From assembly GCA_032718475.1 (NCBI GenBank), contig JAUCBJ010004679.1, positions 1 through 55,573 on the forward strand: a stretch of 55,573 nt of DNA, written 5' to 3'. Shown here one piece after another: positions 1 to 9,917 of this stretch. Numbering within the stretch: the stretch's first letter is position 1; each line of letters begins with the position of its first letter. A program made the position numbers and the translations under genes. Below the pieces are notes generated by a model, which was given only the letters and a program-made list of their open reading frames with translations, was not told the DNA's origin and did no database searches. The DNA comes from Nemertoderma westbladi. Taxonomy: Eukaryota > Animalia > Xenacoelomorpha.

Positions 1-1
1 A

Positions 2-285
2 TTATCATCAACGTATAAAAATTTGAACGGCCCAGTGCTTACAATGATATTCCCATAGTATTCACTGGGAAGAGTTATTCATCTGGTGGGGTAATACATT
101 ATACAAACTTACAGTTGATGTTTGATTACTGTCTGGGATAGAGTTATCATCAACGTATAAAAATTTGAACGGCCCAGTGCTTACAATGATATTCCCATAG
201 TATTCACTGGGAAGAGTTATTCATCTGGTGGGGTAATACATTATACAAACTTACAGTTGATGTTTGATTACTGTCTGGGATAGAG
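2..285. repeat. Tandem duplication of a 142-bp unit (may extend beyond the window edge)
   Basis: 2-143 is repeated exactly at 144-285 (ttatcatcaacgtataaaa...ctgggatagag). Confidence 0.9.
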
Positions 286-2685
286 TGAGATAGTAACAAA
301 TTTGGCAAGTAATATACTTCTCTGCAGTTTGGGCTATCCATTCAATAAATAGTATTAGCTTACTAGGCCCACATGAGTACCAGGAGCTGGTGTTTCTATC
401 GTTGAGTTGATGGCAATTTTCGTGTTTTCATTTTCGCTCACTAAGGGTACTGGTTTGAGGGGCAGGTTCGTTTAATGCCAGCTTGCTGGCTTTCTAGTAT
501 TTTTAAATGTTTTTCCTAAAAAATGGTTGTAGTTATATGAATTAATATAAATATAAAATATTAATAACGTTATTGTATTAATATAATAACACTGTGTAAA
601 CCATTTACCTAGCATTTACCTGTGCATATATTATATAAAAAAATGTTTCTCATACAGCGAATCTGTTGCAGAATTCTATCATAATTGTGGGAAGCCACGA
701 AATTAATTTCTCTGTTGTCCCAATATAGATTAATATTATTCTCATGAAAACATATAGATATGGTAAAATATGTTTAAGGTGAAATTTTACCAGCGTACAA
801 CTGAACATAACAGTAACTTGTTATGGGATTAACCCTGTATGCACCAAAACCAATAAAAACCAATCACCTTATTAGCCATCAGCTGTATAACGGAAGTAAT
901 TATCACCCTACAAAGAAGGTACTGATACCTAGAAATGTCAAGGTATCAACCGGACCGAGCGGCCAAACCAAAGAGGTATCACGTGGTTGCGCAATCTATC
1001 ACATTGTCATATAGTAATTGTATTGTGCATTTAATATATTGCTTTACCCAGTGTACAGTAAATAGGATGTATTGGGAAAATATTATGTGACCCCACAATT
1101 ATTGTGTTATGACCAGCTGATAGAGAAACATTAATCAATTACGTTTACTAAAGAGCGATTAACCACACCTAAACTGCTACCATCTATTAAGATTAGTGGT
1201 GTGCAGAACCAATCACAGGCCTTCTCCAGATAAGCCAATCAGATTAGTTCAGCTTTCTCTCTCTCTGTGGTATATCATTTTATTATACCGTATATTACAG
1301 ATAGTTGCTTGCTATCTTCACATGATATAGTGAGCGTAACGTTATTATGGTACGAAGACCGATTTAGCTATTCAGTTTGTGCGGTGCCATTGCTTCGCCC
1401 AGGCCCAGACTTTGGGGCATTGACTGGCTATGTGTGTTACTTACATTTATAGTGTATTAAAAATTATATGTAATGATAAAGACGAGTCCAGTTGAGTTTT
1501 CACTAAGATCCAGAGCTATCAAGACCCCTGCGACCAGTAATATTTCACTGTATTACCACCCCCGTTTGTTATCTAGGACCAAGCAACTCACCTTCCTTCC
1601 TTTTTTTTTACAAGTTTATGGGTGATTTGCACCCTTTTGGGTAAAGATGATCAAACTTTACCCTCACTTCATCCCTCAATAAATGTTTCACTTTTCGTCG
1701 ATATTAATAAAGTCAGACCACCTAAATTATCTGAAATCAAGTTTAGAGAATATTAATTCCAATTTTTTGACCAATTGAACGCACGAGGTCTGCTCGAAAA
1801 TGATTTTACAACTACTACATATCACATATTACTATATATCACAAGGAGTAAGTATGTAGACATACTTATGTAACATAAGTATGGAGAACTTGTAGCCGGA
1901 ACCAAACCAGATTCGACACAGTAGCATACTATGTGAAACTGCAACAGTAATCTTCATACAGGGATACCATGTGTATATTGAATATTATGCGCATTCCACT
2001 TAAGCAGTCCTGATGCCCAAAACAGGTGTTTTGGGAACTGCAAGAGCAGACATGTTTTTAACAATAAAGGTATATTGGTCTATCGAGGAATCGTTAAAAA
2101 CAATTCTGCTCTTCAACGGCACCTTTTACACATCATAGAGGGAATGCGGGACCTCTACAACACTTAGAATATCTAGCTCGGATAGATTAATCTCATGAGG
2201 AAAATGAAGTCAAAAATATTTGAGTTCTGCCGTCAATTGTATTTATCAAATGTTGAGAAATATTATCTCTAGGGTCTTTCAATTAAAAATTGATATCAGA
2301 TTCGCGTTCAACTTCCAAATTACCCCTGCATGAATAATTTTCACATCTATATTCAATGAATATAATGGCTTTAAATAGGAAAAATGTTGTCTGCGCACCT
2401 ATTGCTATTGACTAATTTTTTCGCCAAATATGAGACGGAGATGAAAATTTGAGGAGCCATAATTTTTGAACCATTGGATACCAGGATAGGGCATCAAATG
2501 TTGGGGTTTTTATTACCACATATATGGGTTATCATTTAGTGAAAGTCAATTTCAATGTCAATGTCACTTTTCCAGCTTTTGATTCAAATTGCTATCATTT
2601 CAAGAAATAGATGGAGAATGGAAAATTTGTCATTAATTTGTTGTTCCGAATATGAGCCTTTGTATATTATTCTATTCTATTCTAT

Positions 2686-3008
2686 TTATATTAAGAGTGA
2701 ATCAATATGGGGTCGAGTTGAGTGAAGTTGGATCAAAGGTGTCTGATACTTTGGATATAGCAGGATCAAGCATTTAATCAAAGAACAACAAATCAAGACC
2801 AAGGAGATAACAAAGTAAATTGGAGTCATACACTCGCTGAGAATAGCCACAATCCGAATAAAAAACAATACATAAAATTAGTGAAAGCAACAGATATAGA
2901 GGATGCCATCAAGAGCTTGCCCTGCCCTTGGGTTACAAACTCAAAAATCAGGAAGATTTGATGTAGAATGACCCCGCCCAGAGAACAAACCTGTTTATAA
3001 TGACTCAA
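2686..3008 (-). pseudogene. Possible degenerate 7TM-receptor-like fragment (TM1-TM3), frameshifted
   Basis: Two overlapping hydrophobic ORFs: LGGVILHQIFLIFEF / SISVAFTNFMYCF, then FVISLVLICCSLIKCLILLYP, which loosely resembles the end of GPCR TM3. The frames join across an A-run. Weak motif-level similarity only. Confidence 0.2.
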
Positions 3009-3749
3009 ATTATAATTTATTGGACTTATTAAATAGATGATTATAATCCTTAGAGCGAGAAAAGTTACCCATATTAACTTAACAACATTATTGGTTTTTA
3101 AATTATCCAGTTACTTCCCTCTATCTAGGTGTGTACAGTCCACACCTATAAAGAAATATATAAAGATAAAGGCGCCCGGGGGGGGGGGGGGTATAGTATC
3201 CTATTCCGTCCGAGAGAGGTGTGAGGGACATATCAAATACACTATGTACATAAGATTGGGATTCTAAGAAACAGATGAGTAAAATATACTTCATTAGCAA
3301 TTGATAGAATCTATTATATATACTAAGGATAAGTTAATAGGTGAATGTTGCACTCCCACTACGTCGTCCTTGAGAGTTTATACATAACAAGTTTGGGAGA
3401 GTAAAGCAACAAATAAAATGGTTTCAACAACATTAGTGCAGAAAAAGAAAGAAATTGGAGGGTGGAGGCCAATATCTAGCTAGCCATAGCATAATTATAA
3501 TTGCTTGCTAAGATGGCTTGTAGTTCTTCTCGAAGGGTCCACTCATGTAACTTTAGGGTCTTTGTAGTGTAAAAAGGATTATTACTTTTATCCCACAAAC
3601 ACAAAAAAGATATCGCAACAACAATTTCCTGGAAATAGTAACTTTTATTATCTGAAACTGTTTTGAAATAAAATGGTGATTCACATTAAATCTAGGCCTA
3701 TTAAATACAAAAATCTGTGATACTGTAAAATTATTTCTTAAATTTTTAG

Positions 3750-3883
3750 GTGGTCAACCTTAATTTATATAATCCTGAACTCGATAAAGTATATGGGTGG
3801 AAATATTTCGTCTGCAAAATTGAAGTAGCGCAAATTTTCATATACTTACCTATATTATTGACTGCTACGATATCTGTTGACAG
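3750..3883 (+). CDS. Internal exon of a rhodopsin-like (class A) GPCR: ECL1 and TM3 up to the DR motif
   Basis: Acceptor tttttag|G at 3749 and donor AG|gttag at 3884. Encodes ...WKYFVCKIEVAQIFIYLPILLTATISVD-R (conserved TM3 Cys, DR of the DRY-like motif). The phase-2 end joins the next exon in frame. Confidence 0.75.
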
Positions 3884-4786
3884 GTTAGTTATATATATGG
3901 ACAAACATTACAATGTTTACTATTTTTTTTTTCCAGAACATCGTGTATTATTAATCGCTGCCAATTGTCACTGATGTGCGTATTACTTATTTATTTACAA
4001 AATAATCATCATAATAATCATAAATCTAAATATATACGAGAAGTAAGTTCATTAGGGAAACGTTTAAGTCCGGGGTCGGATTGAGTTAGATTCCTAGAGG
4101 AATTCCGGCACCATCGTCAACCCCAATGCTGCGCCATTTGGTGCGAGACGATCTGAAGCAGGCGCACGTAGCCCTTAGGACGCCGAATGACAGTATATGT
4201 TAATGTACAATGTATGTATATGTTAATGACAGTTAATGTATATATATATGTATTTAATACGTGAATTTATTCCACAAAAAAATGATTAAATGTACATAAA
4301 TGGTGTAGCCCCCCCCCCCCCTAAGTATACCATTTATTTAGTAAATCCAAATATTTAATATTTCTGGCTGACGTCGAGCGTGGCGTAAGCATGATTAATA
4401 TACTTTCAGGTACACTCCGGGGGGTTGAGAATCTGTTGGGGGTGTAGAGGGTCTTGCCATGAGTTATAAAAATATAAAAAAATTAATGTTACCGTATTTA
4501 CCGTTGTTTGGTTGATGGTATTTTTTGTCAAAATTGGTGGCTGCACTAAAATTACAAATTTTCAGATTTTGGGTGAAAATTACAAAGGTTGCTATAACTC
4601 TCTAGAACGAAACAACTTATTGAAAAAATAATTTAGATTCGGAATCACCATAAAACTGTCGAAAAAAATCACTGGATTGAACCCCAGTCAAACTCCCCCC
4701 CCCCCCCCCCCCCTTTTTAGGACACCAACCCTATTTTGTGGAATAAACAAACATCGATGTTTTTTGACAATAATACTTATTTGCAG

Positions 4787-5396
4787 ATCTATTGCTATCA
4801 GTTTTCCCACTCCTTACAACATCAAGTATTCAGGCACTATCGCTGTAACAGGAATTGTAACAAGTATATTGCTTGCTGTGGTTGTTTCGATTCCATGCTC
4901 TGCAATTCGATACGTGACAACGAATGATATTAATGGCGCCATAACAATAGAATGTGAAGTAGTCAACAACATGGGATGGTTGTGTGATTATGTCTTAGTA
5001 CTAATGGAGGTTAGCTTTATTTTATTGATTATCTCTAATGGAGTTATCATCTATAAGTGGCTGATAATAGAAAGAGTTGAAACACCTAATGTTGTGGATT
5101 ACATAACCAGAATGGTGTTGGCCGTGTGTATCAGCCGGATACTTCTGTGGTTTCCATCGTTACTTACTGCCATCGCAAATCATTTACATTCGACTTTACA
5201 CACCACTTTCACTGCGATTATATGTGATGTTCTCTACAAGATATCAATCATTTTCATTGGGGTCAGCAGTAACTTGAATTTCTTCATATATCTGTTGTTC
5301 AACCCACACTGGAGACAGTCAATGTTGGCAATGTTCAAAAAGATAAGATCCTTGAATAACGAGGTCAGGCCAGCTGAACAGAACATTGCAATGTAA
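4787..5396 (+). CDS. Terminal exon of the same class A GPCR (TM4-TM7 and C-tail), peptide-receptor/chemoreceptor-like
   Basis: Acceptor ttgcag|A at 4786 completes ISVDR|SIAISFP. Four hydrophobic helices, TM6 ILLWFP, TM7 SNLNFFIYLLFNPHWR (NxxxY-type), stop TAA at 5394-5396. The TM1-2 exon(s) were not identified in the window. Confidence 0.85.
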
Positions 5397-5544
5397 CGAG
5401 TTTATTTATTAATTATCCAAATTAACAAAAAAAATTGTTGATGTGGCATTAATATTTGTATGTTTATGTACCTGTATTTGTTTTTGTATGCATTTACTAT
5501 TTGTCTGTTTATGTACGTGTATTTGTGTATTTGTATACTGTATA

Positions 5545-5935
5545 CAGTATATGTATGCATTTACATACTTTGTATGTTTATGTAGGTGTATTATTTTGTA
5601 CTGTATATGTATGCATTTACATACTTTGTATGTATATGTTTATGTAGGTGTATTATTTTGTACTGTATATGTATGCATTTACATACTTTGTATGTTTATG
5701 TAGGTGTATTATTTTGTACTGTATATGTATGCATTTACATACTTTGTATGTTTATGTAGGTGTATTATTTTGTACTGTATATGTATGCATTTACATACTT
5801 TGTATGTTTATGTAGGTGTATTATTTTGTACTGTATATGTATGCATTTACATACTTTGTATGTTTATGTAGGTGTATTATTTTGTACTGTATATGTATGC
5901 ATTTACATACTTTGTATGTTTATGTAGGTGTATTT
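5545..5935. repeat. 56-bp minisatellite in the GPCR 3' flank
   Basis: Unit tatgtaggtgtattattttgtactgtatatgtatgcatttacatactttgtatgtt; taggtg recurs at 5645, 5701 and 5757; about 7 copies. Confidence 0.9.
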
Positions 5936-6184
5936 GTATACGTATTAAGTGTTTTATATATTTTTTAATTGTATTATTTGTCTGTCTGTCCGTCATGCTA
6001 ATAATATCATCTATAATTTTCATAAGCTAATTTGTGATGAATTAAGTTTCTAGACGTAAAATTATTTTAATCAGGTATTAGATTGATTAGGAATAAATAT
6101 AATATAGTAGGAGTTCATTTAGCAATAATAAGAATGATTGATGTTCTCACTGAAGAATTAGGCTACTGAGAGCAAACTTTGGAT

Positions 6185-6311
6185 AGGAGAAGCGCCCGAG
6201 CCTACCTTCGGGTTGCAGCCCCGCACTTACTGTATCTTCGGGTGGTGGTAGCTATCGAAAAAGGAGCCTCAGGGTCTCCTCCGGCTCTCGGCCGACTGTT
6301 TGCTTTGCTTT
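6185..6311 (+). other. GC-rich SINE-like or structured-RNA-like insert with a (TTTGC)n tail
   Basis: GC island in AT-rich DNA, two c-TTCG-g loops, a GAAA loop, ending gtttgctttgcttt. Confidence 0.3.
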
Positions 6312-6539
6312 AATGATTGATGGTACTTATTAGCTGCAGATGATAGAAGGAAATGATATTTTATGGAACAAACTCATCCAACACACAACTTGTATTAATA
6401 TAAATAATTATCTTATTATGATAACTGATAAAAGAACAGATATTGACAGCAATAAATGTGGTAATATTCCTTTAATTATCCTGCTATCTTTTAAAAATAA
6501 TGTTTGCAAATATGAATAATATTCTATTACCTTCTATCA

Positions 6540-8400
6540 CACAGTGGTCCCAATTGGGAGCATTTTTTTAAATTCAACTGGAGGAAATATAATATAGGCT
6601 TCTGTTACTTTTTTTAATGTTAATATAGTTAGGAAGAGTGGAATATTGTTTTTTATTTTCAACTTCAAGTGTTTTCAAACTTCAAGTTGGTCTTTTGGCA
6701 TGCCAAATTATGCCAATTCTCATTATTTTCGATTTTGTGACATGCAAACAATATTGGTCAAAAACGTTACAAATTTGATATTCCAATCCAGTGGCGACAT
6801 TAAAATTAGACATTTAAATAATATGACATTACTATTTGAAAAAAAAAACCAGAAAAACGACTATCTTGTGCCAAATTACTCTATTTAAAAATTGATGTTC
6901 CCATTTGGGAACACTGGTGAGAAAATAGAATATCAAAAATTAGAAAATAATTGTACGCGATGTATTACTGTTGAAAATCTGGTTATTGAAAAATAGTTTA
7001 AAATTACATAACATATATGTATTATTGTATTTGTGTCCTTCTATATCAAAAAAGACCAGCTATTGTCCCATTTGGGAACACTATATGGGAACGTATTTCT
7101 GCTGTAAAGCAATATAGTACAATTTAACCAAGTACTGTTGGACTATAGATGTAGGTAGGACAAATGCAATATGTATAGCCGAAATAAATCTTCTTATGCA
7201 ATTTTTTGTCCCATTTGGGAACATTGGTAAAATACTTTTTCGCACAAAGTGTTACTTTATTAGGCCAACACTTTACTAGAACTTCAGTTTATCAGTAGGT
7301 TGTATAGGCTCGGCTCAGGACGCAAGAATATGTCTAATGTAACGCAGTAGAGCATGTTGGCTCGGTTCATGGTTCAAACATAGATATAATGGTGCACAGT
7401 AGGCCGTGTTGGCTCGGTTCAGGACGTGAGAATAGATCTAATGGAGCGCAGTAGCGCGTTTTGGCTCGGCTCAGGACGTGAGAATAGATCTAATGGAGCG
7501 CAGTAGGCCGTGTTGGCTTGGTTCAGGACTCGGAAATAGATCTAAAGGAGCGCAGTAGAGCGTGTTGGCTCGGTTCAGGACTCGGAAATATATCTAATGG
7601 AGCGCTGTAGATAATGTTGGCTCGGTTCAGGACTCGGAAATAGGTTTAATGGAGCGCAGTATATCATGTTGGCTGGGTTCAGGGCTCGGAAATAGATCTA
7701 ATGGAGCACACACAGTAGGGCATGTTGGCTCGGTTCAGGACTCGAAAATAGATCTCATGGAGCGCAGTAGGGCGTGTTGGCTCGGTTCAGGACTCGGGAA
7801 TAGATCTAATGGAGCGCTGTAGATCATGTTGGCTCGGTTCAGGACTCAGAAATATAACTAATGGAGCGCAGTATGGCATGTTGGCTCGGTTCAGGGCTCG
7901 GAAATAGATCTAATGGCGCACAGTAAGGCGTGTTGGCTCGGCTCAGGGCGCGAAAATAGATCTAATGGAGCACACACATTAGGGCATGTTGGCTCGGTTC
8001 AGGACTCGAAAATAGATCTAATGGAGCGCAGTAGGGCGTGTTGGCTCGGTTCAGGACTCGGGAATAGATCTACTGGAGCGCAGTAGGGCATGGTGGCTCG
8101 GTTCAGGACTCAGAAATATAACTAATGGAGCGCAGTATGGCATGTTGGCTCGGTTCAGTGCTCGGAAATAGATCTGATGGCGCACAGTAAGGCGTGTTGG
8201 CTCGGCTCAGGGCGCGAGAATAGATCTAATGGAGCACACACAGTAGGGCATGTTGGCTCGGTTCAGGACTCGAAAATAGATCTAATGGGGCGCATTAGGG
8301 CGTGTTGGCTCGGTTCAGGGTGTGAGAATATATACAATGGAGCGCAGAGGGCGTATTGGCTCAATTTAAGGTAGCACAGTGTTCCCAAATGGGACTGACC
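6540..8400. mobile_element. Probable non-autonomous DNA transposon with repeated palindromic subterminal motif GTCCCATTTGGGAACA (Transib-like CACAGTG start); the motif resumes at 22053-22212
   Basis: Motif variants at 6547, 6897, 7065 and 7208, inverted at 8381, 22053 and ~22196. CACAGTG at 6540 and 8375. No right terminus or TSD found. Confidence 0.35.
7307..8362. repeat. ~52-bp GC-rich minisatellite, about 20 copies
   Basis: Unit gttggctcggttcaggactcggaaatagatctaatggagcgcagtagggcgt, period 52 (7564 to 7616), with recurring 56-bp variants containing acacac. Confidence 0.92.
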
Positions 8401-8420
8401 TGGTGATTATTAGATAAATA

Positions 8421-9917
8421 TACTACTACTAGGTCGAGCGAACTCGGACAGTGGAAATGAGATCCTTCCAGGCTTCCCGATTCTCCATAGTTGTCGCAAT
8501 TTCGTTTCTCCCAAGTTCAGTATCCCTTTCAAGTTGATCTATATATGTTATGGCAGGTCGTCCACGACTACGCTTTCCATGAGTTGGTTGCCAGAGAAGT
8601 AGATCTGGTATGAACTCGTCTTTACTTCGCCAGCAGTGCCCACTGAATCTTAATCTGCGTTCACGGAAGGTGGTTGATACAGGTGGTATTGTACCATAAA
8701 GCTCGGCGTTTGTCATTTGTTGTCTCCAGCTGATGTTTAGGGCTGCCCTTAGTAGTCTTGTGTAGCAACCATCAATTCGTTGTTCAAGTGATTTAGTCAG
8801 TGTCCAGGTCTCACCCCCGTATAAAAATACACTTTCCACTGTGGCTCGAAAGAACTTAGTCTTCAGGTGCCTGGAGAGATCTGATTTCCAGATGGTATCC
8901 ATTTTTGATAGAGCTACCCAAGTCTTTGCTTTCCTAACTTCTATGTCCTTTTTGCTACTCTCCTTAGCAGCCCTCTCCACTTTATTTAGTAGAAGCTGTG
9001 CATCTGCTAGCGTATTAGAGAGCAGGGCGATGTCATCCGCAAAGTCGGTGTCTGTGACTGTAGTTGCCGGATATCTACTACTTCTGCGTTCTTAAAGTGT
9101 GAATCCCAGATCTTCACCCTTTGTGGCCGTCCTCATTGCGTAATCCAGCACAATTACAAATAGTAATGGTGCTAATGTGTCACCTTGCAGTACGCCAGCC
9201 AGGATTGAGAAAAACTCAGTTTCACCATCTGGTGATAGTACCTACGCTTCTGTGTCACAATATAACAATCCAATGCCAGCAACAATTACTTCTGGTATTC
9301 CATAAGCTCTTAGGATTTCAAGCATTTTACTTCTATGGATGGAGTCGAATGCCTTCTTGAAGTCCACAAAAGTCATGACTGCGGGGAGATTCTTTGACGT
9401 AATTCCTTCAATCAGTCTCCGTAGTGCAAGTATCTGAGCTATTGTTGATCGACTTGGTCGAAATTCGTTTTGGCTCTTACGCAGTAGTTTCTCTATGTGA
9501 GGCCTAATCCTATATAGAATCATTTTATTGTATGTTTTGGCAGCTAGCACAAGCAGACAGATCCCACGATAGCTTGTTGGTATGCCGAGGTCTCCTTTCT
9601 TGGGGAGAGGCTTTAGTTGACCTTTAGTCCAAATTGGTGGAGGCTTTTCCCCTTTTTACATCCGGTTGCAAACATTCAATAATGGTCTATTTAGCACTCC
9701 GGTTTTCCATACCTCCACTGGGATTTCGTCTAATCCACTCGCTTTATTATTGGACATGCTTTTAATGCTTCTTTGGAGTTCGGCAGGTGTGAAGTCCCCT
9801 GTTTCTATAGGTAGTGTCTTGTCATATATTTTCCTTGTAGGGCTGACCTCGATGTTTGGTGGCTGCCCAAGCAAGTTGCTGAAGTGATTTTTCCACTTCC
9901 CAACACGTTCTTCAGGA
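8421..9917 (-). mobile_element. RTE-clade non-LTR retrotransposon (family RTE-A), 5'-truncated and defective
   Basis: RT motifs KASGLDEIPVE, FVDFKKAFDSIHR, GVLQGDTLAP, FADDIAL and C-terminal RLRFSGHCWR..RGRP; (TAG)n tail at 8421-8432; internal stops and a ~130-bp deletion at ~8960 relative to the copy at 54133-55282. Confidence 0.93.

Noticed and set aside
819-1560. Possible solo LTR (CCAAT boxes, ctctctct tract, ataaag, ..tttca)
   Set aside because: No TG..CA pair with a matching TSD and no second copy in the window.
4677-4786. N-terminus of the 239-aa ORF (MNPSQTPPPPPP..)
   Set aside because: It is intronic read-through over a poly-C run; the coding exon starts at the acceptor at 4787.
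5443-5703. Cys/Tyr/Val-rich ORFs
   Set aside because: Translations of the 56-bp minisatellite.
6540-6570. V(D)J recombination signal sequence
   Set aside because: Heptamer CACAGTG is present but no ACAAAAACC nonamer at 12- or 23-bp spacing; no RAG/Transib ORF seen.
7307-8362. CRISPR-like appearance of regular ~52-bp repeats (also 31608-31953 and 17340-17745)
   Set aside because: The units are head-to-tail with no unique spacers, there are no cas genes, and the context is eukaryotic; these are minisatellites.
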